A stretch of 64,000 nt of DNA, taken from assembly GCA_963663145.1 (NCBI GenBank), contig OY760134.1, positions 256,416 through 320,415 on the forward strand, written 5' to 3'. Below are positions 16,225-25,250 of this stretch, piece after piece. Position 1 is the first letter of the stretch. Every line of letters begins with the position of its first letter. The translations under genes were made by a program, and so were the position numbers. Origin of the DNA: Pseudomonadales bacterium (GTDB lineage Bacteria; Pseudomonadota; Gammaproteobacteria; Pseudomonadales; Azotimanducaceae). The notes beneath the pieces are model-generated. The model saw only the letters and a program-made list of their open reading frames with translations. It was not told the origin of the DNA and did not search any database.

Positions 16225-16473
16225 ATGGCGAAAAGGGAGCAGTAGTCGGCGGAGTTCAAAGCGAAGGTGGCGGTCTCGGCGATCCGCTACAAGATCCATC
16301 CGAACATGATCACCAAGTGGAAGCGCGAAGCGCGGGAAGGCATGAAGGACCGCTTCGCCCGCGGCGGCAAATCGAGCCAGGGCGATCACCAGGCGGAACT
16401 CGAGGAACTGCGCGCCAAGATTGGCGAGTTGGTGGTGGAACGGGATTTTTTGCAGCGCGCCTTCGATCGATGA
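16225..16473 (+). pseudogene. IS3-family orfA (HTH protein) with an in-frame TAG at codon 7 and an apparent internal deletion
   Basis: After SD AGGAG it reads ATG GCG AAA AGG GAG CAG TAG, then TCG GCG GAG TTC AAA GCG... (MAKREQ*SAEFKAKVAVSAIRYKIHPNMITKWKRE...). Family members read REQYSAEFKAKVALEA(10-14 aa of HTH)..HPN.I..WK. Confidence 0.65.
16446..16452 (+). other. Candidate -1 programmed frameshift heptamer T TTT TTG at the orfA/orfB overlap
   Basis: It has the X XXY YYZ form in the orfA frame (GAT TTT TTG). orfB is in the -1 frame relative to orfA, and the site lies 20 nt before the orfA stop. Confidence 0.45.
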
Positions 16474-17315
16474 GCGTCGAGCGAAGGCGAGAGATGGTGG
16501 GGCGGGAGCGCCACAAGCTCAGCTTGAGCCGGCGGTGCCGGCTGCCCGGCATCAGCCGCGGCAGCCTGTGCTGCCGGCCGAGGGGCGAGTCGCAAAAGAA
16601 TCTGGCGCTGATGCGCCGGATCGACGAGCAGTCCCTGAAGACCCCGTGGCACGGCGCCCGGCAGATGGCGCGCACCTTGCGTCGGCAAGGACATCCGGTG
16701 GGCCGCAAACGCGTGGGCCGGCTGATGCGGCTGATGGGTCTGCGTTCGCTGGCGCCGGGGCCCGACACCGGCCGCAAGCACCCGACGCATCCGATCTGCC
16801 CTTACCTGCTCAGGGACCGCCGTATCGACGCGCCCAACCAGGTCTGGTGCGATGATGTCACCTACATTCCACTGGCGCACGGCTTTGTGTATCTGGTGGC
16901 GATCATGGACTGGCACACGCGCCACGTGCTGTCGTGGCAACTGTCGATCACCCAGGAGGCGAGTTTCTGCCTGGACGCGCTGGACGCCGCCCTGGAGCGC
17001 TATGGCAAGCCGGAGATCTTCAACACCGACGAAGGCAGCCAATTCACCAGCCGGGATTGGACGGACACGCTGGAAGCGTCCGGCATTCGGATCTCCATGG
17101 ATGGCAAAGGCCGCTGGCTGGACAACGTATTCATCGAGCGGCTGTGGCGCTCGCTCAAGCAGGAGTGCGTCTACCTCAATGCCTTCGACTCGGTACGCGA
17201 CTGCCAGGCCAGCATCAGCGCGTGGATGGAGTATTACAATCGAGAACGCACACACTCGAGCCTCGGCGACCTCACGCCCAGCGAGGCGTGCGAAACGTGG
17301 CGGGAAGCCGCATGA
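16470..17315 (+). CDS. IS3-family transposase orfB (DDE integrase core)
   Basis: The rve-type catalytic core is present: NQVWCDDVTYIP (D), IFNTDEGSQFTS (D), NVFIERLWRSLKQE (E). ATG 16470 overlaps the orfA stop (ATGA). The upstream extension of the ORF to 16194 is just the open -1 frame. Confidence 0.85.
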   Translation: MSVERRREMVGRERHKLSLSRRCRLPGISRGSLCCRPRGESQKNLALMRRIDEQSLKTPWHGARQMARTLRRQGHPVGRKRVGRLMRLMGLRSLAPGPDTGRKHPTHPICPYLLRDRRIDAPNQVWCDDVTYIPLAHGFVYLVAIMDWHTRHVLSWQLSITQEASFCLDALDAALERYGKPEIFNTDEGSQFTSRDWTDTLEASGIRISMDGKGRWLDNVFIERLWRSLKQECVYLNAFDSVRDCQASISAWMEYYNRERTHSSLGDLTPSEACETWREAA

Positions 17316-17680
17316 CCACATCCCCACGCCTCCTGGCGGGCAAGAGTTCGCCATGAGGCGCGGGGCTTCTCTGTCCGAAACACTTCGGACGAGACTCAAC
17401 AACAGACGGGCTACACCTTGAATTCGCTGCCGAGTTGTTCAAAGAATGGGGGCCACCTCTCGGCACGCTGAGTGTCAACGAACTTATGACGCAGCACATT
17501 AGCGTCAACCTCTCACCACCAAACTTGCGGGACAGCACACGAGGAGAATCGTATATTTGATCGCCCAAGCTGCTGGTGTGGTGGTCGATCTCCTACAAGA
17601 GGCATCGCTAATCTCGCAAGCCTCTCATTTGTTCCCTGTCTAGACTTGGTGCCGACTCGAGAACTTGAACCAGATCATCA

Positions 17681-18904
17681 GTGGGCAGAGGTCTATTCCG
17701 CAGAATTGCGCAGTTTCGTTATCTCGGCTATGCCTTGCTGGCGCTTGGTTTCGCCGCGGCCGACGAATTTGAAGGACGGGGCTACGCCATTTGGCTCCTT
17801 GTGCTCGGCATCGCGTGGCCGGCCTGTTTGCATGCATGCGCGAAGCTGTCTGCGGGCAATGGAAATGGATTGCGTGTGCTGCAAGCCTTCGAGAATCTCG
17901 CCGGATCCCTCTGCGCAGCGCTGTTTCAGTTTCCGGTAGTGCAGTTCATGGCGTTACTGGTGTCCCTGGTGTCCGGAAACATTGCGCAAGGCGGGCTCAA
18001 ACGCATGCCGGAAGCCCTTCTGGCGGCTGGGGTCGGCTGGTTAGTTGGTGACTGGGGACGGGTAATGCTCGGCATGGACCCCTATTTTGAGGCAACCGGC
18101 CTGTCCGACTTGATTGGATACACGCATCTGCTTCTGTTCACCTCGCTCATCAGCGCCGCCGGCTATGAGCGCAGTGTGCAAATGCACAGAGCGCGCAGCC
18201 AGCTTGCGCAGGAGTCCACACGGCTTAGAGCCTTTAGTGGTCGCGTGGCCAAGTATGTGGACCCCGGATTAGCGCAAAGGCTTCTTGAGCATACCGAGCA
18301 GCACTTGCCTCACCGAAGAGTCTGGATTAGTGCCTGTTTTGTGGACTTGGTCGAGTTCACGCGCATGACCAGCCGTTTCCCAGCCGAGGCGGTTTGTGAA
18401 ACGCTGAATCTCTTCTTGGGGCGCGTATCAGCACTTGCGAAGAGTCAGGGAGGGCGAATGGACAAGTTCCTTGGCGATGGCGTGTTGATCACCTTTGGAG
18501 ATCTTGCGGACTTGGCAGGCCGCGAATGTGCGGGTAGATGCCCGACGCGCAATGAGATTGCCACTGCCCTGCTGTGCTTCGCAGGGCGATTGCCAAGCCT
18601 CATGGATGAGATAAACCGTGATCTCGATCAGCGTGCCTTGCCCATTGAACTGCAGGTGCGCATGGGCGGCGCTTCCGGGTACTGCACGGTGGGCGATTTT
18701 GGCGAGGGAGAGCGACTCGACTACACGGTCATAGGCCCGGCGATCAATCTTGCCAGTCGACTTGAAGCGCTGGCCCCCGCCGGAACCCTGCTCATGGATG
18801 AAGCCACGCACAAGCTTGCTGATCACAAGATGCACAGAAGTCATTGGGACACTCGTCCGGTCAAAGGATTCTCTGAAGCCTTGAGTTTGTGGTTGGTTTC
18901 TTAA
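17681..18904 (+). CDS. Membrane-anchored class III adenylate/guanylate cyclase
   Basis: The N-terminal half is hydrophobic with multiple TM segments. The C-terminal cyclase homology domain contains SACFVDLVEFTRMTS, DKFLGDGVLITFG, VRMGGASGYCTVGDFG and YTVIGPAINLASRLE. Confidence 0.85.
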   Translation: MGRGLFRRIAQFRYLGYALLALGFAAADEFEGRGYAIWLLVLGIAWPACLHACAKLSAGNGNGLRVLQAFENLAGSLCAALFQFPVVQFMALLVSLVSGNIAQGGLKRMPEALLAAGVGWLVGDWGRVMLGMDPYFEATGLSDLIGYTHLLLFTSLISAAGYERSVQMHRARSQLAQESTRLRAFSGRVAKYVDPGLAQRLLEHTEQHLPHRRVWISACFVDLVEFTRMTSRFPAEAVCETLNLFLGRVSALAKSQGGRMDKFLGDGVLITFGDLADLAGRECAGRCPTRNEIATALLCFAGRLPSLMDEINRDLDQRALPIELQVRMGGASGYCTVGDFGEGERLDYTVIGPAINLASRLEALAPAGTLLMDEATHKLADHKMHRSHWDTRPVKGFSEALSLWLVS

Positions 18905-18936
18905 CTTGGTCAAGCGGCATTGGCTATACTCAAAGC

Positions 18937-20010
18937 ATGACAAGTGCCATGCCTTTCATTGCCGCGTGCCAGGGTGAAGCGACTACACATACACCCATCT
19001 GGCTGAATCGTCAGGCGGGGCGTTACATGCCGGCCTATCACCGCATCAAAGGGAATCTCACCAGCAAGGAGTTCTTCCTGCATGCGGAGCGCGCGGCAGA
19101 AATGACCCTCACTGCGCAAAAGCTGCTGGGCGTGGATGCCGCGATTCTGTTCACTGATCTTCTGCCGGTGCTAGAGTTGATCGGACTTGATCTGGACTAC
19201 AAGCCGGGCATAGGCCCAGTGTTCAGCAATCCACTGCGCGAACACAAGGCTATTCAAGCACTTCCGAAGTACGAGATGGAGCATGACATGGCTTGTATTT
19301 CCGAGTGCATCAGCCTGATCCTCTCCGACTTGCCTCGAGATATTGCCCTGATTGGCTTCGCGGGCGCCCCCTTCACCCTAGCGTCTTACGCGGTCGAGGG
19401 ACAGGGGGGAGGGAATAAGGAGACCGTCAAGCGCATGATGCACGATGCGCCAATTCTATGGAATTCACTGATGAAGGCACTGGTGGAACTGGTCTCAGGC
19501 TTCGTCGAGCTGCAGGTCAAGGCTGGCGTTCATGCCGTGCAGTTGTTCGATTCTTGGGTGGGCGCACTGTCGCTCAGTGATTATCGGAGATTCGTTGCGC
19601 CTTGGACCAAAGCGCTCATCGATTGCATACGAGAGAACGCCGGCCCCGAAGTGCCAATCATTCTTTTTGCAACCGGCAACGGTCATCTACTCAAAGACAT
19701 GGTTGCGACTGGTGCGGATGTCATGGCGCTCGATTGGCAAGTGCCGCTTGGCGAGACATGGGAATCCCTTGCTTGTTCCTCGGTGCAGGGCAATTTGGAT
19801 CCTGTTGTACTGTTATGCGAGGAACAGGCCATTGAAGGCGAAGCACGACGCATTCTGGATGAAGCTGCTGGGCGACCGGGCCACATCTTCAATCTCGGCC
19901 ATGGAATCTTGCCTCAGACTGAAGAGGACAAAGTGAGGTTTCTCGTGGACAAGGTGCATGAGATGAGCGCTACCGCTCGCCCCAGTTCTCACCCAATCAA
20001 TGCGCAGTGA
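18937..20010 (+). CDS. hemE: Uroporphyrinogen decarboxylase
   Basis: The HemE signature PIWLNRQAGRYMPAYHRIK is near the N-terminus and the protein is collinear with HemE throughout. ATG 18937 is preferred over the track start 18889, which overlaps the cyclase gene end. Confidence 0.9.
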   Translation: MTSAMPFIAACQGEATTHTPIWLNRQAGRYMPAYHRIKGNLTSKEFFLHAERAAEMTLTAQKLLGVDAAILFTDLLPVLELIGLDLDYKPGIGPVFSNPLREHKAIQALPKYEMEHDMACISECISLILSDLPRDIALIGFAGAPFTLASYAVEGQGGGNKETVKRMMHDAPILWNSLMKALVELVSGFVELQVKAGVHAVQLFDSWVGALSLSDYRRFVAPWTKALIDCIRENAGPEVPIILFATGNGHLLKDMVATGADVMALDWQVPLGETWESLACSSVQGNLDPVVLLCEEQAIEGEARRILDEAAGRPGHIFNLGHGILPQTEEDKVRFLVDKVHEMSATARPSSHPINAQ

Positions 20011-20030
20011 CGGGGTTCGCGGGGTGCCAG

Positions 20031-20885
20031 TTAAGAAGCGCGCGCTTCCCTCATTTCAGCCCGCATAGCCCGCCGCGCCTCGCCCTGCTGCTTCAGTGCA
20101 TTGGCATCCTGCGGACGCAATTCCATGTATTCCCTGCGCCAATCGTCGCTGCCCCACGCATAGGGGGTGCGGGCGATGGCGCGAGGGCCGGTCGCTTGCT
20201 CCAAGAGGTCGATACCCGATTCAACGATTGAGAGTTGCATTTCGGCATCGAAGGGTCGGCCAGCGGGGTTTCCGAGTGGGAAGTCCGTGAATACAAATCG
20301 CGGCGCACCGCAATGCATGCCGATATCAATTGCCGAACCGAGAATGACGGTCGGGATGCCGGCCTCCTCGAGGTGGCGAGCGACCAGACACACGGTCTGG
20401 TGACAGACTGGTCACAAGGGGACAAGTAGGGCGATATCGGCTCCATCCTCGCGGCATCGCGTGAGAATCTCCGGCGCGTCGATACCTATGGTGCGCCGTT
20501 GGCTGTACTCGGTCGGTACGCAATGAAATCTGGGGGTGAGTTCACCTATGCGCCCCTGTTCGACAAGCGTCTTCAGCCGGTCAATGGGGAAATATGAGTT
20601 GAGATCCTCAAGATGGGTGGCCTTGCGGTCCCAGAAGAGGTCATTGGCGTAGAGTCTTTCTGGGCACTGGTCAATAAAACCCGACGCCACCGAACGAGGG
20701 TCGGTTTCATGTCGTTCGTGCAGGCTTGCCGTGCTGATGAGCGCGAGACGAGACTCTGCAAGCGGCCCGCTTGGTCGCGTGAATGGCACTTCATCGGGCT
20801 TCGCCCATTGATACGGCTTTTCAAAGCCCTGCGCCTCGTAGTACCGGCGAGTGCGCTCCATATAGGCGACGGGTTGGGCAGACAT
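20031..20885 (-). CDS. GrdB/PrdB-family (glycine/sarcosine/betaine/D-proline reductase B-like) protein with in-frame UGA; candidate selenoprotein
   Basis: Track ORFs 20412..20984 and 20031..20393 share one frame and are separated by TGA (20414..20412) plus 6 sense codons. The joined sequence reads ...ALLVPL-U-PVCHQTVCLVARHLEEAGIPTVILGS. The probable start is ATG 20885 (MSAQPVAYMERTRRYYEAQGF), and the maximal ORF extends to 20984. Confidence 0.7.
20383..20414 (-). other. UGA plus candidate bacterial SECIS hairpin
   Basis: The mRNA reads UGA CCAGUCUGUC ACCAGAC CGUGU GUCUGGU. A 7-bp stem (20401-20395 / 20389-20383) starts at +11 after UGA. The 5-nt apical loop contains GU at +18..+22. Alternative pairings (GACCAG/CUGGUC) exist. 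Confidence 0.5.
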
Positions 20886-21002
20886 CGTCCCATTGTACAG
20901 GCGAGATTGGAAAGTGCTCAAAATCTGTGCAGACCTCGGGAATCTCTTCGGAGGGAGGGCCGCGGTCAAATCCATGCCCGACACCGCCGAGCAGCAGCAT
21001 GC

Positions 21003-22193
21003 TCACAATGCCGCCGGTGCCGAAAGAATGTCTTGCTCGGCTTCATAGTCCACGCCATCGACCGAGAAGCCAAACACCTTTAAGAACGCTTCGCGAACAC
21101 CGGAGAGATCGCTTAATGCCTCAATGTTCTCGGAACTTGCGATTTCCCAACGGTGCGCAACTTCCGCCTGGATTTCATCGGCCAATTCCTGCGCATCGAG
21201 CCTGATTCGCCCCGCCTCATCGAGGCCGCAGTCCCCGGCCCCATACAGCCGTGTCTTACACAACCGCGCGATATGTTGAAGCGTTGATTCAAATACGCCG
21301 CGTTCCTTCATGACCTTGAAGAGCAAGGACACATAGAGCGGCACCACGGGGATCGCGGTGCTCGCTTGGGTGACAGTCGCCATGAGCGCCGCGACGCGGG
21401 CATCCTGACCCTTACTCAATTGACCACGAATCGACTCTGCGGCCCGATCCAAATCCTCCTTCGCCCGTCCGAGTGTTCCCTTGTGATAAATCGGCCAAGT
21501 CAATTCGCTGCCAAGATAGGTGTAGGCGACCGTCTGAAAACTCTCCGACAAGAGATTGGCGGACTTCAGGGCATCTATCCAATACTCCCAATCCTCCCCA
21601 CCCATCACGGCAATGGTGCTCTGCGTTTCGGCTTCGGATGCGGGTTCCAAGTGCGTCTCGCTGACTTGGCCGGAGTGTATGTCGAGGGTGCGGGAATCCA
21701 CCGGCGCACCGAGTGGTTTGATGGCGGATCGGTAGAGTTCGCCCGACTTCGGGTGCTGGCGCACCGGAGAGGCGAGGCTGTAGACAAGCAGATCCACCGG
21801 GCCAAAGTCCTGCGCAAGCCGCGAACAGACTTCGTCCTTGATCTCGTCGGAAAAGGCATCGCCGTCAAGGCTCTGCGCGTCCAAGCCACGCGCGGTGGCT
21901 AGGCTGTCAAAGGCGCGGGTGTTGTACCAACCTGCGGAAGCCGTACGCTTAGCTGTCGGTGCCTTTTCAAAAGACACACCGAGGGTGCGAGCGCGATAGC
22001 CCGCAGCGGCAACCACGCGAGACGCCAGCCCGTAGCCTCCGGAAGCGCCAAGTACCAGAACGTTGCCGGGCCCCGCCTTGGCGTCGATACCCATCTTCTC
22101 AATTTGCGCGAAGTCTCTGCGCAGCAGTTCAGCGCATCCCGTCGGGTGCGCGGTTGTGCAAATGAAACCGCGAATTCGTGGCTGAACGATCAT
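21003..22193 (-). CDS. fabV: Enoyl-[acyl-carrier-protein] reductase FabV (trans-2-enoyl-CoA reductase family)
   Basis: MIVQPRIRGFICTTAHPTGC, VLVLGASGGYGLASR and the ~396-aa length are typical of FabV. ATG 22193 has SD GAGGAG upstream and lies 10 nt after the folA stop. The track extension to 22319 overlaps folA. Confidence 0.9.
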   Translation of the reverse strand: MIVQPRIRGFICTTAHPTGCAELLRRDFAQIEKMGIDAKAGPGNVLVLGASGGYGLASRVVAAAGYRARTLGVSFEKAPTAKRTASAGWYNTRAFDSLATARGLDAQSLDGDAFSDEIKDEVCSRLAQDFGPVDLLVYSLASPVRQHPKSGELYRSAIKPLGAPVDSRTLDIHSGQVSETHLEPASEAETQSTIAVMGGEDWEYWIDALKSANLLSESFQTVAYTYLGSELTWPIYHKGTLGRAKEDLDRAAESIRGQLSKGQDARVAALMATVTQASTAIPVVPLYVSLLFKVMKERGVFESTLQHIARLCKTRLYGAGDCGLDEAGRIRLDAQELADEIQAEVAHRWEIASSENIEALSDLSGVREAFLKVFGFSVDGVDYEAEQDILSAPAAL

Positions 22194-22203
22194 TCGATAC
22201 TCC

Positions 22204-22713
22204 TCATTTGGGTTCGAAAATCTCGAAAGTGAAGGCAAACTCGTGCTGGGCGTCTTTTTCGTGCCGCTCACAGAATACTTGACGCCAATCTTGCATGCAC
22301 AGGTCCGGAAACAAGACATCGCCGTCTATTTCGGCGTGAATGAGCGTGCGGTATAGACGCCCTAGCGCGAAATCGCCTTGCTCCGCGAGCGCCAGTTGAT
22401 ACACGTGACTACCGCCAATCACCATGGGTTCTGGCTGATCTGCATCACCCAAGGCGCTATAGGCGTCCGCAAGCGCCCCAAACACCTCCGCTCCGGGGGA
22501 AGAGAAGTGCGGATTTCGACTGAGCACCATATTGCGTCGCCCAGGCAGCGCCGAAGGCATGCTCTTAAAGGTCTTGCGCCCCATGATGACCGGCTTTCCT
22601 TTAGTCTGGCGAAAAAACCAGCGCATGTCGTCCGGGAGCTTCCAAGGCAAACGATTGCCTCTCCCGATGACGCGATTCTCGGTCATGGCCCAGATCAGTG
22701 CCGGTGCGGTCAA
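22204..22713 (-). CDS. folA: Dihydrofolate reductase
   Basis: LIWAMTENRVIGRGNRLPWKLPDDMRWFFRQTKGKPVIMGRKTFKS and the 169-aa length fit FolA. Confidence 0.92.
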   Translation of the reverse strand: MTAPALIWAMTENRVIGRGNRLPWKLPDDMRWFFRQTKGKPVIMGRKTFKSMPSALPGRRNMVLSRNPHFSSPGAEVFGALADAYSALGDADQPEPMVIGGSHVYQLALAEQGDFALGRLYRTLIHAEIDGDVLFPDLCMQDWRQVFCERHEKDAQHEFAFTFEIFEPK

Positions 22714-22728
22714 GGTGAAATAACCCGT

Positions 22729-23523
22729 CTACACCGCAATAGGCGCGGAGATAGCCGGATGGAATTGGTAGTTCTCCAGCCGGAAGTCTTCATAGCGAAA
22801 TCCGAAGATGTCCTTGACCTCGGGGTTGATCCACATGCTTGGAAGCGGAAGCGGTTCGCGCGTGAGTTGCAGCTCTGCCTGTTCCAAGTGATTCAGATAC
22901 AAATGAACGTCACCAAAAGTGTGAATGAACTCCCCGGGTTCGAGACCGCAGACCTGCGCCACCATCATGGTCAGCAGCGAATAGGAAGCAATGTTGAAAG
23001 GCACTCCAAGAAAGAGGTCGGCGCTGCGCTGATAGAGTTGGCAGGACAGGCGCCCGTCGGCCACGTAGAACTGAAACATGTTGTGGCAGGGCGGCAATGC
23101 CATGTCATCGACAAGCGCGACGTTCCATGCGCTGACGATCAGGCGCCTAGACTCCGGGGACGCTCGAATGTCACTCACGACGCGCGTAATCTGATCGATG
23201 GTGTCTCCCTCAGGAGTCGGCCAACTACGCCACTGCGAGCCATACACCGGGCCAAGCTCACCTTCTTCGTTGGCCCATTCATCCCAGATGTGGATACCCT
23301 TTTCCTGTAATGATCGTACGTTGGTTTCCCCGCGCAGAAACCACAGGAGTTCATGAATGATCCCCTTCAAGAATACCTTCTTGGTGGTGACCATAGGAAA
23401 GCCTTGAGACAGGTCGTAGCGCGTCTGTCGACCGAAGAGACTCTTGACGCCTGTGCCGGTGCGGTCCCCCTTGAGGTTGCCCGTGTCGCGCACCTCGCGC
23501 ATGAGATCAAGATACTGTCGCAT
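22729..23523 (-). CDS. thyA: Thymidylate synthase
   Basis: [11 protein letters not shown]...[13 protein letters not shown] and the LPPCH active-site region ([14 protein letters not shown]) fit ThyA, at 264 aa. Confidence 0.95.
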   Translation of the reverse strand: MRQYLDLMREVRDTGNLKGDRTGTGVKSLFGRQTRYDLSQGFPMVTTKKVFLKGIIHELLWFLRGETNVRSLQEKGIHIWDEWANEEGELGPVYGSQWRSWPTPEGDTIDQITRVVSDIRASPESRRLIVSAWNVALVDDMALPPCHNMFQFYVADGRLSCQLYQRSADLFLGVPFNIASYSLLTMMVAQVCGLEPGEFIHTFGDVHLYLNHLEQAELQLTREPLPLPSMWINPEVKDIFGFRYEDFRLENYQFHPAISAPIAV

Positions 23524-24346
23524 CCCTGTTCCTCAAAGCGTGCCAATAGATGAAGGCGCCCGCCAAGATCATGACGATCGACAGGCATTGCCCCATGGTG
23601 AGACCAGTCGCAAGGATGAACCCGAGCCACGGATCGGGTTCGCGAAAGAATTCGGTGATGATGCGGACGACTCCGTAGGCCATGAGGAACAGGGCGGACA
23701 CCTGTCCCGTGATTCTCGGCTTGCTCGAATACCACCAGAGCACCACGAACAACACCAATCCTTCACCAAAGGCTTGATAGAGCGAAGAGGGGTGCCTCGC
23801 CAATGGCTCAAATGCCCCCTGGCAGGTTGGGTTCAGGCTCATCACGGCTTGGCAGGGATAATGGAATCCAAAGCCACTTTCCGAAATGCGGCCGGGCAGT
23901 TCGGTGTTGGCGAAATTGCCCAGTCTTCCTAAGCCAAGGCCGATCGGTACGAGTGGCGCCACAAAGTCGGCCGTCTGAAAGAAGGAGAATCCGCTGCGCC
24001 GATTCCACAACCAAAGGCCTGCACAGACGCCGAGCAGCCCACCATGAAAGGATAGGCCGCCTTCCCAGAGTCTAAACGGCCATAGGGGGTCGTGCAGCAG
24101 GAGTTCCATACCGTAGAAGAGCGCGTAACCAATGCGTCCTCCCAGAATAGTCCCCAATGCCCCGTACCAGATGAGGTCCCACATCTGGTCTTGGGAGGGT
24201 GCGCGACCACGCAAGGCTGGCGAAGAGGCGCGTCTGCGCCCAAGCCACCAGACCATGAAGAAGGCGGCGAGGTAGGAAAGACCGTACCAACGAAGCGCAA
24301 CAGGCCCAACAGAAAAAATGATTGGATCTATGGAGGGGTAGTTCAA
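23507..24346 (-). CDS. lgt: Prolipoprotein diacylglyceryl transferase
   Basis: [41 protein letters not shown] and [14 protein letters not shown] fit Lgt. The maximal ORF runs to 24478, but that would overlap the divergent NRDE gene start. TTG 24346 (M-NYPSIDP...) gives a family-typical N-terminus, though start choice is uncertain. The 3' end overlaps the thyA start by 17 nt. Confidence 0.85.
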   Translation of the reverse strand: MNYPSIDPIIFSVGPVALRWYGLSYLAAFFMVWWLGRRRASSPALRGRAPSQDQMWDLIWYGALGTILGGRIGYALFYGMELLLHDPLWPFRLWEGGLSFHGGLLGVCAGLWLWNRRSGFSFFQTADFVAPLVPIGLGLGRLGNFANTELPGRISESGFGFHYPCQAVMSLNPTCQGAFEPLARHPSSLYQAFGEGLVLFVVLWWYSSKPRITGQVSALFLMAYGVVRIITEFFREPDPWLGFILATGLTMGQCLSIVMILAGAFIYWHALRNRDATVS

Positions 24347-24467
24347 GGTGATGTCTTTATCTATGCGCGAAGTTGGAGCGACCGGCCTTTGCGTGGGGTT
24401 AGGCTGGGCTAAGCCAACTAGAATATCACTGAGCGAACCAGCCGTCCCAACACAAGGAGAGTCATCA

Positions 24468-25211
24468 GTGTGTCTCATAGCCGTCGCCTACGGCGTTCAC
24501 CCCGACATACGCCTCGCGGTGGCGGCCAATCGCGACGAGTATCACCGGCGCCCAACACTCGCCGCCGACTTTTGGCCCGACTATCCACATGTGCTTGCCG
24601 GACGAGACCTCGAAGCCGGAGGCACTTGGATGGGGGTGACTCGGAGCGGTCGGTTCGCCGCTTTAGCCAACTATACGGCGATTGCGCAGGATGGCGCCAA
24701 GTCGCGCGGGCATCTGGTTGGCGATTATCTGAAAGCAGGCGGGAGTGCCCTTGACTATGCTTGCGGATTGTGCGGCGAGGACTATGCCGGTTTCAATCTC
24801 GTCCTGTTTGATGGCGAGTCCCTCGTGTATTTCTCCAATAGCCAGGACGAGCCGCGCGAACTTGATCCCGGCGTACATGGCATTTCCAATGCTGCGCTCG
24901 ATGCTGATTGGCCGAAAATGCGCGCGAGCAGCGCCCTCTTGCGAGGCGCACTCGATGCTGGGATTGATAGAGAAAAGATCAGTGCAGGTATGCATGACAG
25001 CAGACCGCCGCCCGACTCGGAGGTACCTGCCGGTGATGCACCGCTGGAATTGCGTCGCCGCACCTCGAGCTGCTTCGTCATCGGGGAAGACTATGGCACT
25101 CGGTCAACCACCTTGGTTTTCATTCACCGCGACCTGCTCGAATTCGAAGAGCAATCCTACGATCAAGAAGGCAGGTCCACCGGCAGACGCAACTTTGCGT
25201 TGCAACTATAG
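24468..25211 (+). CDS. NRDE-family protein (DUF833/TANGO2-like)
   Basis: The N-terminal (M)CLIAVAYG....AANRDE motif defines the family. GTG 24468 is preceded by AAGGAGAG 7 nt upstream. The track start at 24348 adds a non-conserved extension antisense to lgt. Confidence 0.8.
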   Translation: MCLIAVAYGVHPDIRLAVAANRDEYHRRPTLAADFWPDYPHVLAGRDLEAGGTWMGVTRSGRFAALANYTAIAQDGAKSRGHLVGDYLKAGGSALDYACGLCGEDYAGFNLVLFDGESLVYFSNSQDEPRELDPGVHGISNAALDADWPKMRASSALLRGALDAGIDREKISAGMHDSRPPPDSEVPAGDAPLELRRRTSSCFVIGEDYGTRSTTLVFIHRDLLEFEEQSYDQEGRSTGRRNFALQL

Positions 25212-25250
25212 GACAAGAGGACGAGGCCGAACCTCGACACCAACCGCCGG

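Larger units (their letters stand above)
16178..17441 (+). mobile_element. IS3-family insertion sequence (~1,264 bp), decaying
   Basis: The imperfect terminal inverted repeats start TGAACAAC (16178) and end GTTGTTCA (17441), with an internal AAGGTGT(G/A)GCC match. It has an orfA/orfB arrangement with a -1 frame offset and a DDE core in orfB. No target-site duplication is seen (flanks att / aag). Confidence 0.8.

Noticed and set aside
16386-17402. 338-aa minus-strand ORF, and the 16194 N-terminal extension of the transposase frame
   Set aside because: The minus-strand ORF is antisense to the DDE transposase. The plus-strand extension is only the open -1 frame overlapping orfA, as expected for IS3 frameshift fusion, and is not an independent start.
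17442-17680. Possible gene remnant right of the IS3 element (frame ...EWGPPLGTLSVNELMTQHISVNLSPPNLRD...)
   Set aside because: It is short, has no start, and I can name no recognisable homology. It is left as non-coding.
21003-22319. Long N-terminal extensions in the ORF track (fabV to 22319, cpoB to 31363, TlpA-like to 51414, FmdB to 41791, DUF3604 from 43323, hemE from 18889)
   Set aside because: Each extension overlaps the neighbouring gene or lacks family conservation. Internal ATGs with SD sequences give family-typical N-termini.
22378-23310. 310-aa plus-strand ORF across folA and thyA
   Set aside because: It is antisense to two unambiguous housekeeping genes and spans their intergenic gap, which a real gene would not do.
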